A stretch of 63,522 bases of DNA, the filler included, from Choristocarpus tenellus KU-1152 (taxonomy: Eukaryota > Protista > Phaeophyceae): the NCBI GenBank assembly GCA_964200185.2. It is 9 parts of 9 records of this genome, joined end to end, with 100 filler letters (N's around TTAATTAATTAA, not from the genome) between each part and the next. Parts side by side here need not be neighbours in the genome. Positions count along the whole stretch, not along the records: positions 22,897 to 43,794 come from CAXNAD020000371.1; 8 more parts are not named here. The stretch is one strand, 5' to 3'. The position numbers were made by a program, and so were the translations under genes. This document shows, piece by piece, positions 26,072-40,984 of this stretch; within the stretch, counting starts at the first letter, position 1; every line of letters begins with the position of its first letter. Under the pieces are notes generated by a model. It had not been told where the DNA came from, ran no database searches, and saw only the letters and a list, made by a program, of their open reading frames with translations.

Positions 26072-29000
26072 CTCACATGCCTTACCAAATATAGCACAAT
26101 TTCAACATTGGAAATAGCGCTGAAAATAAATAAAAATAACTCACTTCAACCATAACTAGACTGGAAACTACAGGCCGGCCCTGCTTCACCAAGAAACATA
26201 AAATTACATCAATTCGCAATTATCTTGCCCACCTACACACTTGAGGAAAGCACCCTCTATTGACAGAGTGTGACCATTGTTCGGCAGTCAAGCCTGAAAA
26301 AGTCACGTGGCAATCATGGATTCCTTGCAACTTGATATAGTATACACTCAACAATGCTAGTCCCAGTACCATTTTCCAACACCACTTTCAAGGGGGGTTT
26401 TTGTAGTTGAGGATACCAGAAAAGGTGTTACTTTGGAAAGTTGAAATGGTTTCATCCTGCTTGCACAGAAAATGAGCCAATTGAAGCATTTAAATTCGCC
26501 ACAAGTGTGACTCAAGTCAATGTATAGATGTATACAGATCTACAACCATGGAGACAAGGAGTTAATCACTCAAGCAAACCAGCAGGTTGCACCCACTACA
26601 TATATATGTGAACAATATATCTCCGCACAGAAGGAGCACACCAAATATGTTCAGAAAAAAAATTGGCTTGCCCTCGTTCCAGACAAATTTATACAAAACA
26701 AAATATTTTTGTCACAAATCAATAGAAGCAGAGATGGAAATTGGGTTTGTACCACAATTCTGCAACCTGAAAAATAATGTTTATTGCAAACAGCAGCCTT
26801 GGGGGGCAGTAAGGGGTCAAATATATCTATATTATTGAATCAGTGATATGACAAGCTAATGAATTCGAGGCAAACAACATGGTAAATTAAACCTTTCTAT
26901 AGATTGAAAGATTGCATGTTTCTAAACCTGAGGTAAAATGACCAAATGACAGCTCAAACCCAATTATTGACCTAGAGTTGTCATGAGGGTTTCATACAGT
27001 GTGTGAACGCACCCTAAGGCACAGGCTAGAAATATTTCAACAGTTTTCACTGGGCTGACAAAACGAATTGTCTCATCAGTGGGTCAGACAGGACTCATGG
27101 TCTCTCACATGTCCCTGTCCATGTCTGCCAGCCACACTGGATCAAACATCCTCCAACATGTCCAGACCCACGTCCACTAGGTTTACCTACTGGGCCGGTT
27201 TCAACATCTCTGTACCATGTCACACTAGGGTTGTGTCAGTCTTTGACCATTGGCCAGTCGAACCTTTTTGCATGTCCAGAACAAGTCCAGTACATGGTGC
27301 ATTAGTCCAGTCCACAGGCCAAAAAGCCCTAATTCCAGACCATTCTGCCTCAAACAGACCCTTCCACTTTATGTGGCCAATTCCGTGTAGAAATAAATGT
27401 GTCACATAAAGAAAGTGGTGTCAAAAATTGTTGTAACTTGAAGTTGTCGAATCGATACGACTTCGATCTATTCATATGAGCAACACAAAAACAAGAATAA
27501 AAGGGTTTGTACAATCATCGTTGGTATCCAGAGATCATTGGGTGTATCGTTGGCATACGGACAGATGGCACCAAGAACAAAACGCATGCCAAGTGAATAG
27601 TTATGTCAGTTGACCCTTTTTCAACATACTGCATACAGTTTGTCGTGTTGGTACACCTTTTTGCAATGATACTTCGGAAGTGGCGGTAAACGGAGAATAA
27701 TTGGTATTTTTGTTGTACAAGTTCCAAATTAGTGTGGGTAGAGAGATGCTTCGTACTTGCAATCAACAGATTGACAAACCTCACATTTTTACTCTTAATT
27801 CTTCTTTTTTTTAAATCAGGTAATGCAACAAGGAAGAAATTGTACACTAAGGAGACAAATAATTCTATTCTCCACTCAGATATGACACTTGGTGAACATC
27901 CTTTTCTAATCATAAAATGTTTTTAATTTCTTCCAACTATGTGCGTACACTGCCTATGTCAACAAAAAAAAATACTTGCACAGTTGAAGTTATTTTATTA
28001 CGTGGGTCCTTAACCATCTACTTCATCACGACTGGGTCTTCAGAAGGCCTGATACAGACAGTTCAAGCAAGACCAACTCCAAGGCCGCCGACTGCTTCAG
28101 CGTAGACTAGTAGGACTGGTGCAAACATGGATAAGCCCATAACCTGAATTAACAAGGCCAGGCCCACCAGCCAACCAAATCCAAGCAGTTCAAACATGAC
28201 CAACTACATGACCAACTAACTACATGACCAACTAACTACATGGCCATGAACTATCGACATGGCCAGGCCACAAGAAGGCCCGCCGCCAGCCTGGTCCACA
28301 CGGTGGACATGCTAACTGCCCAGCCTGGTGAAGGCTCATAATCATAAAATATATGCACATTCTCAACTCTAAGGGTTGATGATAACTCAGAGAATACCAT
28401 GGTTTCCGTTGAGAGTGTGATTGAACTGCATTAACAAGTTCAGACTTTTAGGGTACCTATATATTCAATTTGCCAGTCCAAAACACTCTATCAATAGAGT
28501 TTATCAAAGATAGAGTTGTGGTTTTGTCAGTGGTATGACATCACTAAGAAAAAAAGATGTCAACGATATTTAAAGAATTACTTGTACCATTAGTGGTAAA
28601 TGTATAGCGTCATGCCACTCCACCGACCATAGATTCAAAATGGTACAAAGCGAGAAACTTCTGTAATAGTTTTTTTACAAGGCCAGCCTCTGCAACATAC
28701 ATACACATACTAAGTCAAAAGAAAATGGCCACCTCCTGATCAGGGGCTCCACCAGGGGCAAGGCGTGTTGGATGTTGCTCTTTCCTATCAACTTTCTAAG
28801 CAAAATGAACCACAGCAACAACTAAGATGTCCACAAAGGGTGAAATGACTTGAAATTATTACTTTGTCAAATTCAGACCAAGATAGTTAAAGTTCAAGTG
28901 TGATTCAGGGTTAGGGCTCAAAAGCAGGCTTGGAAAATACATTGTCAATTCAGGGAGAAAAAAATCAACAATATCAAGATCACATCCTCAATGCATTAAA

Positions 29001-30915
29001 ATACCACTGTTCCATCAAATCAAGATCACTATCATGCGCACACACAGGATCAGTGATTCAGTTAGAAGAGTGACATCCCACTATCTTCACAAATATCAAA
29101 GGGGTCGTGGGTTCAAAACCCAAAAGTTCATTGTTGTGTTCACTGTGGTGGGAGGATAGAACTAGAGTGCAGTGTGTTCTGGGGTAAAGGGCGGGGAAAC
29201 GCCTTTAGGTGGACCGCTCCAAGAGGACACAATGACTAGTGGGGTAATGGCACACACACAATTTAACAGGGTACCCTGGCCTCAAATCTTGTCAAAATTT
29301 TGAGATACTACTGTGCAAAACAAGTAGCCTTGGTCAAAGAGAGGTGTCTCCATGAAATACACCAGAGTTGAATGTCTTGAACATAACAGATGGTTTGTGG
29401 TTTTGTCAATCAATTCATTCATGGGTCCTTTCCTATTTTACTTGATCGACTCAAAACAAAAATAAAAAAGAAGGGAAAAAAATAACTAATAATAATAATA
29501 ACAATAATAATATTCCTGTTCTGTTCACAAAAAAGTCATTGTTTTGGATAGTTTGTCCTGTGGTCAAACATCATTTTTTTTGCTTGGCTCTTGCAGAGTA
29601 CCAAGTTTGGTGTAGATACAAACCCAAATAATTTAAATCTCGTGCAATTTTACCGCAAACCAAGCGAAATACAATACAGTAATACAATACAGTAATACAA
29701 TACAGTAATCAGACCAGTTACATACAACCATAATTTCAATCAATAGAACAACTCCAAATGATTACCAGTCACCGGGTCAACATTGTCCAGAACACACAAG
29801 GGACATTGGGGTACGTCTGAACATAAAATAAAGGAAGATGAGAAACAAATAAAAATTTCTCATCCACTCTTGAAAAACCTTGGAAGAAAAAGTTATGAAC
29901 AAAGAAAAGGTCAAGAATCACTTGAAATCTGAGGTATGCCAATCACTTGAACGATAGCACTTCCTCACTCCAGCATCAGTTCCAACAAATTGTAGGGTCG
30001 TAATTTACACTGAACTGCGAGAACTCTTCTTGCGACTTCATAGTGGGTGGCATAGAGTAGATAGAATAACTCTAACTTGGCTGAGATTTTACATTAACCC
30101 CATCACGGGCTATTTATTGAAAGACCCCCATAAAAAATGACAAAAACCAATAAACACTTTTGTGCTTCTATAGCACGCCTTGCAAACGGTTTGAACTGAC
30201 TCTGAACACATACGTAAAGAAGCACATGAATGCTGTTAAACGTTAAGGATCAGTGATGTGAATAAAATAATATATTTATCAGCATAATCTTCTCTTGAAG
30301 TGACTAGAAAGATTCCAAACTACTAAATTATTATCAAAGCATGCACCTAGACCATGAATGGAGGTCCACAAATCACCAAGCTTTTATAATAATTTATCAT
30401 TAATGCATCTCTGCGGGCAAGGCACGTAATACGTATTCCCACAATATATAACCAATCAAGATGTACCCCCCTCAATTTTTTGGATTCAATTAATTGCAGT
30501 CTAATCTAATCTAATCAAATTGTAGCTATTCACATCACTATAATCAGGGGGCAGCGCAGGGAGTGTTCAAGGAAGAAGATGATCATAGTGCCTGCATACA
30601 AAAGGATGATCACTTGCAAGAGTTGACAGAACAATGCCCACTGTAGGAGACATTTCTAGCCATCCTGTATAGAAAAGGAAAGCCTTTCCTGTAGATACAA
30701 GCCAATCAAGAAATATAATAAAATAACACATTTGAGTAGTAAAAAGCAAAATGAAACATTGGTTTCATCTTGCAAACCCTGATTTCAGAACACTTAACCG
30801 CCATGCACACAAATACAACTAAACACATTTCCCCTGTACTCCAAGTGCCTTACATACACTCAAGAACATATTTCAAATGTACTCAAGAATAGTTGCAAGG
30901 GGCAGCTACCAATAC

Positions 30916-33900
30916 CTTCTGTGGCTTCAAGTTTGCAGAGAAGAAGTGGTAGTTCTCCAGTCTCACAATGTCGGCATACTTGGGGTTACTGTGTGCCACT
31001 TCCTCAATGTGCTTGAACAGCAGTACTGTCAGTTTCTCATACGTTGCGACAGCTTCGCCCACCTGTAATCGACACAAATAGCAACAGCAAAGTACCTCTC
31101 GTTGACAAAAATAGCAACAACAAAGTACCTCTTTCAGTGTTGCAGTTTATAGCAGCTGCAGGCAGAGTCAGAATTGGGAGGCTGACATCAAGGTATCATT
31201 CTGACATCAAGGTATCATTCACTTGACAACCTAAGGGATCTTGAAAGAGGAGGATTCCGTAATTATTGAAAATAAACCAATAAAAAAGGAACAACCCTTA
31301 CTATCAATAGGATCCCACATCAGCAAAATCAAAACTACAAACATCTGCAACACAACCCCACTCAAATGTGAAGCAAAAGTGACCAAGGTAGGTAAGTCAC
31401 GCCACCAATACCTCTCTACCCTCTTCAACCTCAATGATGAACCTCGACGTAACAAACAATTTAAAAAAAAAAAGGGAGGTGGCGGACACGTGTTACACCT
31501 CAATATCCTTCGAACCAACAGCAGCCTTCACAGCTGTCTCCAGGTTATACACGAGTGTGGGGAACTTGGCCACTGCCAGCAGCACTCCAGCTCGTTTTGC
31601 ATCTCCCTTTTGCATCAGAATCCAAGAGACCTGCGGTGGAAAGACGCGTACTTCTTACACAAACTACCACAAACTAACATACTACTAACATACTACTAAC
31701 ATACTTTGCTAATCGTTTCAGAATTCAAGTTGGTAAATTCAAGTTGGTACATGGGCTTCCAAGGCGCTTTTCCTTTTGTGCCTGAATGGACACATTAATA
31801 ATACAATTAATAAGACCACTCCATGGTAGTAGTAGAGGTTGAGACTCCTGAGCAAGTCCACCAGGCACCATCTTTCCCCCTACCTGTTCCCCCACAAACT
31901 TCCTGAAGTTTTCCACAAGAAATCCCTTGAACTCCGCCAGAATATCAGTAGTGACAGAGTTCTGGTACTGGGGTTTCAACTGTGCCTCCTCCACAAGAGC
32001 AAGCACGCCAAGAGTATAATACGCATTATTCCCCAGTTCAGATGCTAGATGCTTGTAGTTCAACTTGAGATCCCCGAATCCCAAAGCCAGCATCCTTGGG
32101 GAGCCAAGAATCACAAAAGCAAAAGGATTATATTTGAATTGCTAAATTTGAATTACTAAATTTGTAAATTGACAGTCACTAAGACCATTGTTCTTGTCAA
32201 TCAGTACGTTCGATGAGTGTGCATAAAAATCTGCTTCATTTTTTTTTTTGAAGTATTCTCAACAAGAGTTGAAAAATAGTCACGCCATACTACCTACCTA
32301 CCTAACGATTACTCTTAAGGTGCTGGATGGCACTAGGAGATAGATTTGCAGTGGAATGTTCAGTGCCCATGCACGCAAGAGAATATAACCAGAAAAAAAA
32401 AATGAATCCTAGCAAGTCCAATTGCTACAACATGTAACACTGAAGAGTATCTTCTCAGGGGGTAATCAAGCACCACAACAGAAACAACTGTGAGACCTTT
32501 TGACTTCATACACACATACATCCTGTGTGTGCATATCCCAGTCACATTGACTGCCAGCACATTCATTCGTTCTGTGGACCATTGAAGATACAGTGCATTG
32601 GCGCACTTCTCACTTGTGTGTATCAGCTTCTGCCTGAACATCTTTCTCAGTGGTGATGCCAAATAGCGTGATGAAGAATGTATGTTCTCTCAAAATCGCA
32701 GGCATTGTGTGCTCCATGTACTCCCTCACTGCAGCCACCTGCCACACACAAAAACAATAAGAAGAGACCCATGTGTCAACACACAAAAATAAGAAGAAGA
32801 GACCCATGTGTCAACACACAAAAACAAGAAGAAGAGACCCATGTGTCAACACCCCCACCGATTGTGAAGAACATGAACAAACTATAACGCCTGCTCTGCA
32901 ATATGGAAAATTTTCTAGCAATGATGAGACAGATGAACTGTCCAAGAGTTGCCCAAAACCAGAAGGCCATCCATCATCACCAAAATTAGCTGGCATGGGT
33001 GCCTAAGTTGGTTGGGTAGTTCTGTTGCATACTGCGGTGACGGTAACGAAGGATTGACCAATGAGAAGGCTCCTTCCAATTAAAACTCTTCAAACCGACA
33101 AGATGAGCCAAAATATCTTAGAGAGTATGATTTTTGCCCTATTTGTCCATTTGAGGCTTGGATTCCCATAGGTTCTTTTATGACGTTTGCCTACTCCAAA
33201 AAATTTTAGGAGTAGTTAAAGTGGATACGTTATGAAAAGGTGTGTCCGGAACAAGGATATTGACACTTCCTAACAAACACAATAGCCAAAATTTCATCAA
33301 AATCGCAACACTGCATTTTGGCCCCCAAACGGACGTGGCTGTACCCTAACCCTAACATACTTTGACTTAACATAACATACTTTGGCTCGCATTGCACCTG
33401 TAAAATCAATAATCACCATAGCCTTTCCCCCATAAATCAAAACCGGACCCAATTGGGTCTGTCTCATCACATCCCACAACTGAATTCTGTTTTAAGTGCA
33501 CTGTTTACCCGAGCAGCTATTCCCGAGGAGTGTCCTCCAAGGTCAACAATCCGCGCTCTTTCCAGTTGACCCAAGCCTGGGGCTCCATGCGGAGATGATA
33601 TCTGTGGCAGTAGCTCTGCAAACAATTGTCTTATTCTTCCCTGATAATGGTAAGGAGGAAAGAGTCTATGGCTTGTCAACAGGGTCGAATTTCCACCTTT
33701 GAAAAAAAAAAAAATCTCAGAAAAATGTCCAACAAAAATATCTGTAGGGGCGGGAGATGTACCCGACTTGGAGGCACAAATTGGAACTACTGTAAATATT
33801 TATTTTTTTTAAATGCAACGATTGCCAAGTGCCCCACTAATTGATGCAATACAATGAGAACAGACCACAGTGATAAGAAGCTTACATAAAAGAGAGATGG

Positions 33901-36217
33901 AAAAGGACACGCAAAAATGAAAAAAAAAAATGGGTAATGAGAAAAAATGAAAAATAAAAATCTCCGGGTATGTCAACAAAAAAAGCTTGATAGAAATACA
34001 TGCCGTAACCGCCGCATACCACAGTACGTAGTGACACAAACCCATTCTGGAATCATTCTGGAATCATTCTGGAATCGATAATAATAATACAAATAATTTT
34101 AAGCAAGTACCCACAAGAATTGAATCAACTAACTATTCCATCCACCTTATGAAAACAAACATACGAAACAAAAGGTAATGTTGACAAATAAACACACTCC
34201 CTCAGGTACCCTTCAGTTCAAGCAAAAAAACCCATCAAATGAGCATAATGGTAGAGACCAAAAACATAGACAGGGGAAAACAAAGACCTAAGAAGATAGA
34301 ATGTGTTCATAGATACTGTCGTTGCCTCTGTTTCAAATCCGGTGCAAAAAGAACCTGCACACCCCAAGAACTACCCCCCCTCTTTTCTATCCAGAAACAT
34401 AACATGTTGAAACAAACTCTCACAAGTGAAGCGCACAGTAGTCTCTTGCACCTGTCAGGTACATACTGTAACTGTCTCTTCACACCTAGTAAAAAGTACT
34501 GAGTTGGATAAGTCACCAACCTTGAGTAGGCCTTGACTCAGGTCTTTTGCATACGCTCTTTGAAGCTCAGCATTCCGCATCCCTCCAGCTCCCTCCAATT
34601 CACGTACCTTGACGAGAGGCGTAAAGCCAAAGAGGAACAATGTAGACCCAAAGAGGAACAATGTAGACCCATAGTGCAATCACCCCACATGTTCTCACCT
34701 CCACGTTGACTCCAGCAAAACTACACAGGCGTTTCTAAACTCACCTGGGCAAAAAGTGGCTCATAGTCAATCAAATATCCATGGAACTGCCTCTGAGCCT
34801 GAAGCAATCTCTGGGAAGAGGTATCTCGCGTTACTCCATCCGAAGAGAGTGAGTCTTCTTGTGTAGACAGGCGTTTAAGAACACGATGGCAGAATCCTGC
34901 AAGTTGGGAACAAGCAACCTGTGCGCACAAAAGGTATGACATAAAAAAGATATATTACTCATCCTATCATTCAAGGACCACGGAAGGGTATACTATCTTC
35001 TTTCTATTGCTATCAATCGGCACACTCACAAGAATATTCCACAAGAATATTCCACAAAGGAGCGGCTAGGGGCTATCTCCATGCACAAGGTTTATAGGCA
35101 TGGTGGCCTTATACATACAAGTATCTTGGATTCAATGCCATCTCATTAAGAAAGACGTGTCCAAGTACAACAAGGGCAAAAAAAATGAGAGAAAATATGA
35201 GTCAATTCAAACCCTTCAAGTGCCAACTTGAACTCTTCCCATCAAATGTGGACAGGCCAGTCCATAGAGTGTTACGTAAAACTGCCCAAGAAGGCCCCTC
35301 CATTTTTAACAAGCATTAGGATCTTCTCTGAAGTGATACAATATCAGACAGTCATAGTATAAAATCATAGAAATACATTGCCAACATCGACACCATTCCA
35401 ACACACCTCTGGTCCATCTTCACCCCCAAGTAACAGGGTCCTACACAAATACATCCATCCTAATAAAAAAGGATCCATCTTCCTGAAAATCTTAATCGCT
35501 TCATTTTAGGATACGGTGCGATGTCTGAGCACATACTTAATACACCACTTCCATGTCTGAGCACATACTTAATACACCACTTCCATGTCCCCTTCTTATC
35601 TGTGGATGAATTAGGACCGTGACATGATGATTCACACTACAACTCTCACCCCGGTAACTACCCAATAAGGATGGTACACAATGAGGATACACACACCATG
35701 CTGGGATACTAAAGTTCTAGTGCATGAACACTCTTACTGAATGTTTTTACCATCAACCAAAACACATTTCAGCACACAACTCTTTCATACAAAGAGGGGC
35801 ATGCCTGACTAAACCTTAACCTTACAGCACTTGCCACATTGGTTATGACACTGCATCTCAGATCTACAACAAGAAGCGGCAGCATAGAAATAAATCTACA
35901 AGGTTACCCACTCAAGACAGAGAGATCATTCAGATCCGTGACAGACAACACCAAGCAATTCACACTATGCCATTCTTCATGAAAAAAAAAAAATCATCGT
36001 ATGAACTCTAGTTGATCACCCTGCAATATTTGACCTTGCCATGATTCAGCAAGGTACAGCCCACTAAACAAAAAAAACTCAAAGTTAATGAAGCTTACAC
36101 TTGGGCATAAACTATGATAACTTGCAATTCATAACCAATATCCTTGTTCTTGGAAAATATGTGTGTATGTTGTGTGTGTTGTGTGTGTGTCTGTATCTGT
36201 ATTTAAAACATGAATCT

Positions 36218-36257
<40 letters not shown>

Positions 36258-39200
36258 CTGAAAGACCTTTCAGCTTTGATCTCTGGTCTGTCAGAAGCTG
36301 GAGTGAAGAAGTTCCTTCATGGTCAGCCAACTGCTCCGTTGCTGCCACTGCCGACAAGAGAGAGCCTGCCGCTGCCACCACCTATTGAAAGGCATTGATA
36401 GCACAAATAAGGCTTCTCCTAGAATGGTGCATGAGACCAAGTCTCAAAGCTCTCTGCCAATCTAAGACTTTACACCAAAAAGCACCAATGCTGCTTTCAA
36501 GGCACCTGTCCAACAGCAGCGCTCGGGTCTCCATCTGTGTTGGTCAGGGCTTGGTCCAGCACCACCTGAGGATCTCTAAGCAAGGCCTCTATCCCTGGTG
36601 GCAAAGACACTGCTTCCACAAGGTGATTCAGATACGAATGAAGGCGCTTGAAAGGAAAAACAAAATATAATAATAAAATTTGTGTCAGTTACCACATCCA
36701 CACACATCTTCAGTTCTTGGAAATACCAACCTCAAACACTTGCAAACCTAATCGATCAAGTTGAACAGTGACACAAATTTTGTTCTAAAACGCTTTGCAT
36801 CTGAACACTTCAGACCACAATAGGAGACCAATAGGAACTGAAAATCTCGACTTTTAGTGCCTAAGCAAAACTTTGGCAGCCTGCAGGAAGGGGAAAGGGA
36901 GGGAGCTAGGCAGTCAAATAGTAAGTCAGTCACATCAATAAAAATGCCTAGCATGCCAACAGTGTGCATGAATTACTGTGCATGATAGCTCTCGGTGGAA
37001 CAAGGAAAACCATATGCTTCAAGGCCTGATGAGGAGGGGATGAAGGGGGGCTTCCTGGTCCAGATTCACAGTTCTTCAGCTCCCAATGGAAGAAATGAGG
37101 AACTATTAAAAACAAAAATGCTGCTACTGGATTTGGTTTCAAATACAAGCACTGCAACAGCAGCTCATATGTCCATGTCATGCCATGTTATGTCGTTCTA
37201 ATAAGTTTCCTCTGTCTAAAACCTCAGTGAGTCATTCGTCCTTCAGGGAGACAGTAATGGCAAGCACCACATCCAACCTCACACCATACATTCACATTTT
37301 TGCTCTAGCACACTAAACATTATCATTATTATTATTATTAGTCTATGGAGAAGATGCTTGTGAAGACTGGTGAGGATCATCAAAACAATTGGGGAGGGCT
37401 TTTTGAGTTACCTACAACCACTAGAGAGCTCTTAAAAGCTCTAAAGTGTTGAAATTGGAATTACGCCCAAGACACGCATGAATAGAAACTATCAACCATG
37501 GACAAAATTAATGCCCACCAAAGGAGATCTTGTACAAACCCATGCAAAATCAGTCTGCTGAAGGTCAATCCAACTTGACCCAGTTAACAGGATTATGCAC
37601 CTAGATCATTGCTGCCTATTTCCAACTTGCAAGATGACATACTCAATACTCAACAAATGATATATTCAATACTCCCAACAAATCCTCTGAGAAACAAAAA
37701 GCCACACCTGGTAATTTCTCCACTGTACATCAAGCGTGTTATTCTTGCTTTCAATTGCAGCCATATCCAGCTGCATGGCCTCCAACGGATGCCCATGCTG
37801 CTCTAGCCAGTCCTGAAAATATCACACACAGTTTACACAAGACGTGTTTCAAAAAACAGGAAAGTGTGCAGGCCTCATGAATCCCCCCTTGTGGGCAGGT
37901 CAACTGTGCCAATTTCTATCAAATCAAAAGTGCAATCAATCTCTAGAGGTACAATCTGAACCGGTTCATTCTGCTCAGTCCAGGCTTATTTGACTAGGCC
38001 AACTGTTTAATCAGCAAAAACTAGTGCCTCAGTCTACATTATAAAAGCTGAGCTGAACCTGTAACTTCAGGGTGGGCAGTGAGAGGTGGGGAGGAGTGGG
38101 GTGTTCCTTCAAGCAGAAGCATGATCTGGCATTGTGAAGTTAAAGAATAAACCACTATACACTATACACTATACATACACACTATCCACTCTGTGAAGAA
38201 AAAAAGTGATAAGTTTTGTGAACCACAGATATTCTACTCAACGGGAAGACAGTAAGAGTGACAACCAGAGCGCTATCAAAAACTACAGAACTCATAAACT
38301 GACCCAGCATTCAGCCGGACATGGTCTTTGGATTCCTCTGAAACGAATACGTCTAACAAAAAAATATGCATACATGGACAACATACCAAACACCCAAAAT
38401 CTCACTAGAAATGCTTTGGCTCACGAACCTTTTTAATCAATAACAAACCTTGGCCAGCGCATACATAAGTTGCAGATATTAAGCTCAAGCAAGTGCTTTC
38501 AACTTCCTCCAAAACCAGGGAGCACTTGAGGTCAGACAAAGGCCTCTCTGCGATCTTAAAAACGAGATTGAGAATTAAACACTCGAACAGTTTTCAACTT
38601 GGTCCTACCTCTGTATACAAGACATCTATTTGCAAAAAGATATCACCCACAACTGAAGGTCAAGCACACTCCAAATGAATCTCAAGCTTTACCTCCATGA
38701 CCCGCAGCTGCTCATCCACTTCATCAAGAAGGGAGATGAGTGTTTCAGTCTCATCCGTCTTTTCTGACCAAGCAATCAACTGTCGATGTTACAAGGGATT
38801 TGCACAGGGTAGATGCAGGCGTTAATATCACTCTCAAACAGATCAATTGCACCCACCACATGGTGCTCCTCAGTTGCACTTTTCACCAGAAAAAAAAATT
38901 GAATAGAGGTATTTCACGCCTCCCAATCACACCCACCTTTCTGAACTTTCAAATTAAACCAAAATATAGAAGTCGTCCTAAGCAACCTTCACCTCACCTC
39001 AGGGGATTATCACAGCCAACAGAACCTGGATTGTTAATCACACCAGAGAGGATTTAGAATGGTACATCCTCAACACAGGTCTCTGCCCCAATACTTGAAG
39101 TAGTTTGAGCATCAAACCTGCTGGATTGTGCCACCCTCCAGACTTTCCAGTTCACGAGAGAGCTCTTCCACCAGTCCCTCCTGGCCCTTCTCCTTCCACC

Positions 39201-40984
39201 TGAGGCTTGCCAGCGCTGCCTCTCCCTCTTCATACTCCTCATGAGACCACTTCTTGACATCACCTGGCACTTCCTTTCGCTGATAAGGAAAAAACAAAAA
39301 AAAACATGTGTCGGAATTTATTCTTCTGTTTTTCAAATCATAGCAAATCTAATTGAAGCTTTAAAATGATCTCTGTAACCCAGTATGGTTCTGTTCTGCC
39401 CCCTCTCCCATGTCAACTTTTCATCAAATATATTCTTTTAACTCACCATTAAATTAAATGGAACAGAATCAATGAGAACACTACCAAACACAAAAAGATC
39501 AACAGCTATAGATGATGGCCCTAGTAGGTACACACCATTTTTTCCACAAATAAATTTCTTGGAAGAGGAAAGAGCATCAGACGACAAGCACTGGACAAGC
39601 CAAACTCTTGTTTCAGCTTCTCTCATTCCATCTAGAAATGTGCACCCAGTGGTAGAGTGAACATTGCCTAGCCTTGAATCTATTTGATACCATGGCAAAA
39701 AAAAAGTAGAAAAACAAAACCGTAAGTGTTGCATTTCAGTACCGTCTGAGGGTAGCAGTCAGTACCCAATCAGCTTTCCCCCTCTAAGGTCAAAGTTTCC
39801 ATAACCACAACAGGTCATGGCCCAGGTCTAGGTACCAAAGTCGGGTCTAGACGGTGTATGATTTCTTCCAGATATCCCCAGTTGAGTCTCTCTAACTCTA
39901 TGATTTCTTCCAGATATCCCCAGTTGAGTCTCTCTAACTCTATGATTTCTTCCAGATATCCCCAGTTGAGTCTCTCTAACTCTAAACACATATCAAAAGC
40001 TCTGACAATGATATATGAACCCCATCCACACTGGACACAGACCACAGTGTCGAACTTTTGATCACCACAGCAACAAGACTGAGAGGACAAACTGTGCAAC
40101 TATGACAAGCAAAACACATAGCAAGTAATAGAAATCCTTAGCAATGGAATTGCAGCCCAATTGACAGGTCAGACTCAGACCTGGACAGCAAGCTGTGGGG
40201 TCAGGGTGCAGGTCTGAGCACCCACCTCCAGGTCTGGGTCAAGTCTGAGGTCCTCTCTAGTCACAAGAAAAATTCCGGGCCCATGGACCCTGACCTGAAC
40301 TCAACAATACCCCCCCACCCAGTCAAAAGGCTTACCACAAAGCCTTAGTACTGAGACCACACAGCAATTTTTGCCATCTGGAGCATTGTCTATTTCTCAC
40401 CAACCACTAGACACAGCATCAAGGTTTCAAAACTTGTTGATTCGCAACTAGTCCTTTCCTAATCAATAGACTACCACTGGCTATCTATGCAACATGCTTG
40501 AAGGGCAAGAGGAAATACGTTCTTTTCAGGGCGTTTCTCCTAAGTACTAAAATCTGGAAAGTGTAATAGTTGGTGCGTATGAATCGCAACAGTTCAAGCT
40601 TGCAGGGCCTCAGCGCTACAATCGCACTTCAAGTCATCGAGTTCTCTATCAAATCGTTTTGGGTTGACAAACAAAAACACCCCCTGGATTCTTCTCATCT
40701 CATCCATAATTACTTCATCCACAACTTTCTCGAAGCACTAACGGTATCAAAATATTTGCACAGAATGAACACAGCAGCGGTTTTGACATGCAGTTTTCAT
40801 GGCACTTCACCTGTGAACCCAACAATTTCTTGTTCTTCTCCTTCTCATCAATTTTGTTCGTTGAGCCACCCTCTTGAACTGTAAAACTCAGCTTCCTTCG
40901 AGCTGACCTCAACTCCCTACCCAACTTAGGAACAAGGGGGTGCTTTGTCCCCAACCCATTGTAGACTGCGGTTGCATCCAACTC
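30916..40984 (-). CDS. SEC3: Exocyst complex component SEC3/EXOC1, internal exons
   Basis: Phase-compatible exons 40984-40811, 39279-39118, 38779-38693, 37812-37708, 36646-36506, 36381-36256, 34918-34745, 34607-34521, 33640-33509, 32738-32614, 32094-31884, 31630-31499, 31062-30916. Motifs ELSRELESLE, WLEQH..LEAMQLDMAAIESKNNTLDVQWRN, KRAGVL, PKYADIVRLENYHFF. Start and final exons not resolved. Confidence 0.88.
32745..32851. repeat. Tandem repeat, 35 bp x3 (SEC3 intron)
   Basis: Unit ACACACAAAAACAAGAAGAAGAGACCCATGTGTCA, next to the acceptor of exon 32738-32614. Confidence 0.9.
33105..33388. mobile_element. MITE family B in SEC3 intron
   Basis: GAGCCAAAATATCTTAGAGAGTA...CATACTTTGGCTC, with a duplicated right end and CCCTAA units. 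Confidence 0.85.
36220..36254. repeat. (AT)n microsatellite
   Basis: Pure AT run immediately after a SEC3 splice donor. Confidence 0.95.
39857..39983. repeat. Tandem repeat, 42 bp x3 (SEC3 intron)
   Basis: Unit TATGATTTCTTCCAGATATCCCCAGTTGAGTCTCTCTAACTC, identical copies. Confidence 0.95.
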
